28,006 nucleotides of DNA from IMG/VR virus record IMGVR_UViG_3300017788_000131, positions 1 through 28,006 of that record. The stretch is one strand, 5' to 3'. Position 1 is the stretch's first letter, and each line of letters starts with the position of its first letter. Below the pieces are notes generated by a model that worked only from the letters and a program-made list of their open reading frames with translations, did not search any database and was not told where the DNA came from. Made by a program: the position numbers and the translations under genes. The DNA comes from a virus. Taxonomy: Duplodnaviria > Caudoviricetes. Positions 26,280 to 28,006 of the stretch are shown here, piece by piece.

Positions 26280-27440
26280 TTAGTTGCCAGCAATGAGTTT
26301 CAAAAGGTACGCTTCGCGCTCTGGGGTTAGCGCCTCAGGGTTCTTTGGTTCCGCTACACTCATGCGAGCCAGCTTGGAGCCACCGCCCGCGCGGTAGGTC
26401 GATGTCTTGAAGGTTCCGACAGGGATCACTTGCCGGGACTGCATGAATCGCTCCACGTCGCCCTGCTTGGGCTTGCTGTACGGATCGAGCGACAGCCGCT
26501 GGGCTGCGACCTTGGCCGCGTACAGGCTGAACTCTTCGTCGAGGATCTTTCCCGAATCGCGGAGCCCCTCGAGTCGACCGAGCAGTTCGCGATGGTAGGC
26601 TCGCTCCGCGTAGGCTCGCGAGTTGCGAACGAGGGCGGACATGGTTTGGATCTCAGGCGAGACAGCCACGGTCCCGTTGTCTGGGTTGCCGCCACCCTGC
26701 CCACCGTTACCGAGCACCATGCGGATGTTGTCCACAATGTTCGCGGCGTTTGTGTCCTCCGGAAGTTGCACGCCCACTTCCTGCATCACGTCGACGATCA
26801 TCTTGATGATGGAATCGGCATCACTCCTAGACTCGTCCATGTCGTTGCCGGGAGGGGCTGCGGGAGCCGCGTCGGAATCGTAAGCCATGTCCATGCGTAG
26901 CACCTTGGGTTTGAATATAGTAGGTCTTATGCCCATCCGGATGCCGCACCCCATCAGGGCTGGCTCGGCTGGAATAAATGGTCCTTGCGAATGATCGACC
27001 GGGTAATCGACCAGATCGACACTTGTTATCACGTCCGCGTAGGTGTGCCCGTGCCCATCGCGAAACTCAGGAAAGATCACAGGCGACACAAAGACCGAAT
27101 TGTTCTCGACCTTCTCGATCGCCGAAGGGGTCATAATTTCCACGGTGATCTCGGCGGATTGCCCGTCCGGAGTCACCTTGAAGTCGACCATTCGGCCCTC
27201 GGTGTTGTGAGCGCCGCGTGTATCCCGCCGGGTCAGAGAGTCCATGGCGATCGGAGACAGCATCTCGAGATCGTCGAGATCCGCATGGTTGAAGTGCATC
27301 GGCACCGCGTACCCTGCGTCCTTCAATCGCCCAAACTGATCTTCCCAGTGGCGCAGACGATCGGGAGTAACCGTGACAGAGCCATCGCCGCTTTGGTACT
27401 CGTTGACCGACAACACCGCTTTCCGGAACACCTTGCCCAT
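26280..27440 (-). CDS. Prohead protease/scaffold (Mu gpI-like, 386 aa)
   Basis: VPMHFNH, FVSPV and ITSVDLVDYP in the N-terminal half, a low-complexity/helical scaffold-like C-terminal half, and first position in the head module. Confidence 0.8.
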   Translation of the reverse strand: MGKVFRKAVLSVNEYQSGDGSVTVTPDRLRHWEDQFGRLKDAGYAVPMHFNHADLDDLEMLSPIAMDSLTRRDTRGAHNTEGRMVDFKVTPDGQSAEITVEIMTPSAIEKVENNSVFVSPVIFPEFRDGHGHTYADVITSVDLVDYPVDHSQGPFIPAEPALMGCGIRMGIRPTIFKPKVLRMDMAYDSDAAPAAPPGNDMDESRSDADSIIKMIVDVMQEVGVQLPEDTNAANIVDNIRMVLGNGGQGGGNPDNGTVAVSPEIQTMSALVRNSRAYAERAYHRELLGRLEGLRDSGKILDEEFSLYAAKVAAQRLSLDPYSKPKQGDVERFMQSRQVIPVGTFKTSTYRAGGGSKLARMSVAEPKNPEALTPEREAYLLKLIAGN

Positions 27441-27446
27441 GGGGGA

Positions 27447-27475
27447 AGGTTAGACCGGGACGAATACCGCTCCAA
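27447..27475 (-). promoter_or_regulatory. Candidate late promoter, TTGGAG-N17-TAACCT, giving a leaderless transcript
   Basis: -35-like hexamer at 27470-27475, -10-like hexamer at 27447-27452, then 6 nt to the ATG at 27440. No Shine-Dalgarno before this ATG. Confidence 0.45.
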
Positions 27476-27934
27476 ATCGCCTCTGACGCTGCTTGCGCTG
27501 CTTGCGCTGCAAGGACAAGAATCTGGAAGAAAACTGGGATGTACCTCCAGATGTACCTCCAGATGTACCTTCAGATGTACCTTCAGTTGTACCTTCAATC
27601 CGTCTCAAAATCGTTCGACGCCGAGCGAGATGCCCCAGACTGTCCAGGAATGTCCTGGACACGGTCGGACAAGTTTGGATTGTCTGCGATTGTCTCGGAC
27701 TGTCGCGGACGGTTTAGCAGATGCTTCTCAGGGTTCTCGATCCCGTTTTCCTTCAGAAGAATCACACAAGCATCATCAACCGCATGCATGCATGCATGAC
27801 TCTCATCTTCTCTTCTCTGGTCCCCCACGTCGTCCCGATGGAGTCCCTCGTCCTGTCCCGGTTTTGTCCCTAATTTTGTCCCGTTTACAGGGGGACGAAT
27901 ACCGCTCCAAATCGCCTCTGACGCTGCTTGCGCT
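27457..27934. repeat. 43-bp perfect direct repeat (27457-27499 and 27892-27934)
   Basis: gggacgaataccgctccaaatcgcctctgacgctgcttgcgct is present twice, 435 bp apart. Confidence 0.95.
27538..27597. repeat. Tandem repeat, 5 x 12 bp
   Basis: gatgtacctcca x2, gatgtaccttca x2, gttgtaccttca. Confidence 0.95.
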
Positions 27935-27943
27935 AAGATGATG

Positions 27944-28006
27944 AAAAGTATGGAAAAAAGTATGGAATCCATACTTTCGCACGATGGAATCCATACTTTC
28001 GCACGA
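27944..28006. repeat. Nested direct and inverted repeats at the window end
   Basis: aaaagtatggaa twice at 12-bp period, palindrome aaagtatgga-a-tccatacttt (27957-27977), and 22-bp tandem tggaatccatactttcgcacga (27963-27984, 27985-28006). Confidence 0.9.

Larger units (their letters stand above)
1..27440. mobile_element. Temperate phage/prophage segment: integrase 3' end plus virion morphogenesis operon (Mu-like head accessory genes, lambda-like capsid/decoration, probably non-contractile tail)
   Basis: About 20 contiguous co-oriented minus-strand ORFs with overlapping start/stop codons. Protease, capsid, decoration, portal, MuF, gpG and tail tube motifs are recognisable, and a tyrosine recombinase lies adjacent. 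Element boundaries are not visible. Confidence 0.95.

Noticed and set aside
27457-27934. 43-bp direct repeat as attL/attR
   Set aside because: The copies flank only ~390 bp with no credible gene, are far from the integrase, and show no tRNA-like sequence.
26985-27941. 318 aa plus-strand ORF
   Set aside because: It is antisense to the protease and runs through the repeat region. Its repeated peptides (DEYRSKSPLTLLAL twice, CTSR/CTFR) simply mirror DNA repeats.
27595-27972. 125 aa minus-strand ORF with a signal-peptide-like start
   Set aside because: The hydrophobic start derives from the aaaagtatggaa repeats and the rest crosses repeats and palindromes, with no family motif. Not fully excluded.
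27457-28006. Possible CRISPR array
   Set aside because: The repeats are either tandem without spacers or only two copies 435 bp apart, and no cas genes are present.
1-28006. Host assignment (the gene style suggested Planctomycetota to me)
   Set aside because: Impression only. No host genes are in the window and a database search would be needed.

Overview
Nearly the whole window (214-27440) is one tightly packed minus-strand late (virion) operon of a temperate tailed phage or prophage. It converges on the 3' end of a tyrosine recombinase gene at the left edge and starts downstream of a repeat-rich non-coding region at the right edge. Order in the direction of transcription: Mu gpI-like protease/scaffold, head decoration protein, lambda E-like major capsid, gp36-like adaptor, Mu gpG-like protein, probable tail terminator, Cys-rich protein, tail tube, Pro-rich tape-measure-like protein, unknown tail protein, a -1 frameshifting chaperone pair, a DUF935-like portal fused to extra domains including ParB-like, a zeta-like P-loop kinase, a small acidic ORF, a ~1800 aa polyvalent protein (ART, TGT-like, wHTH, HExxH peptidase), a small partner gene, a MuF protein with N-terminal ART cargo, and two probable tail proteins. 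The most notable signal is in the ~13 kb effector block. A ~24 aa tag (PG.TK..NG.TY.LN..HRW) recurs five times at the start of otherwise unrelated effector modules. Short (R/L/V/T)-M-(S/A/G/D) motifs mark domain junctions in the cargo, portal, MuF and the protease itself. Together these suggest a capsid-loading tag plus prohead-protease release system for injected effectors. No terminase, sheath or lysis gene was recognised. All family calls come from motif recognition by eye, not from database searches.
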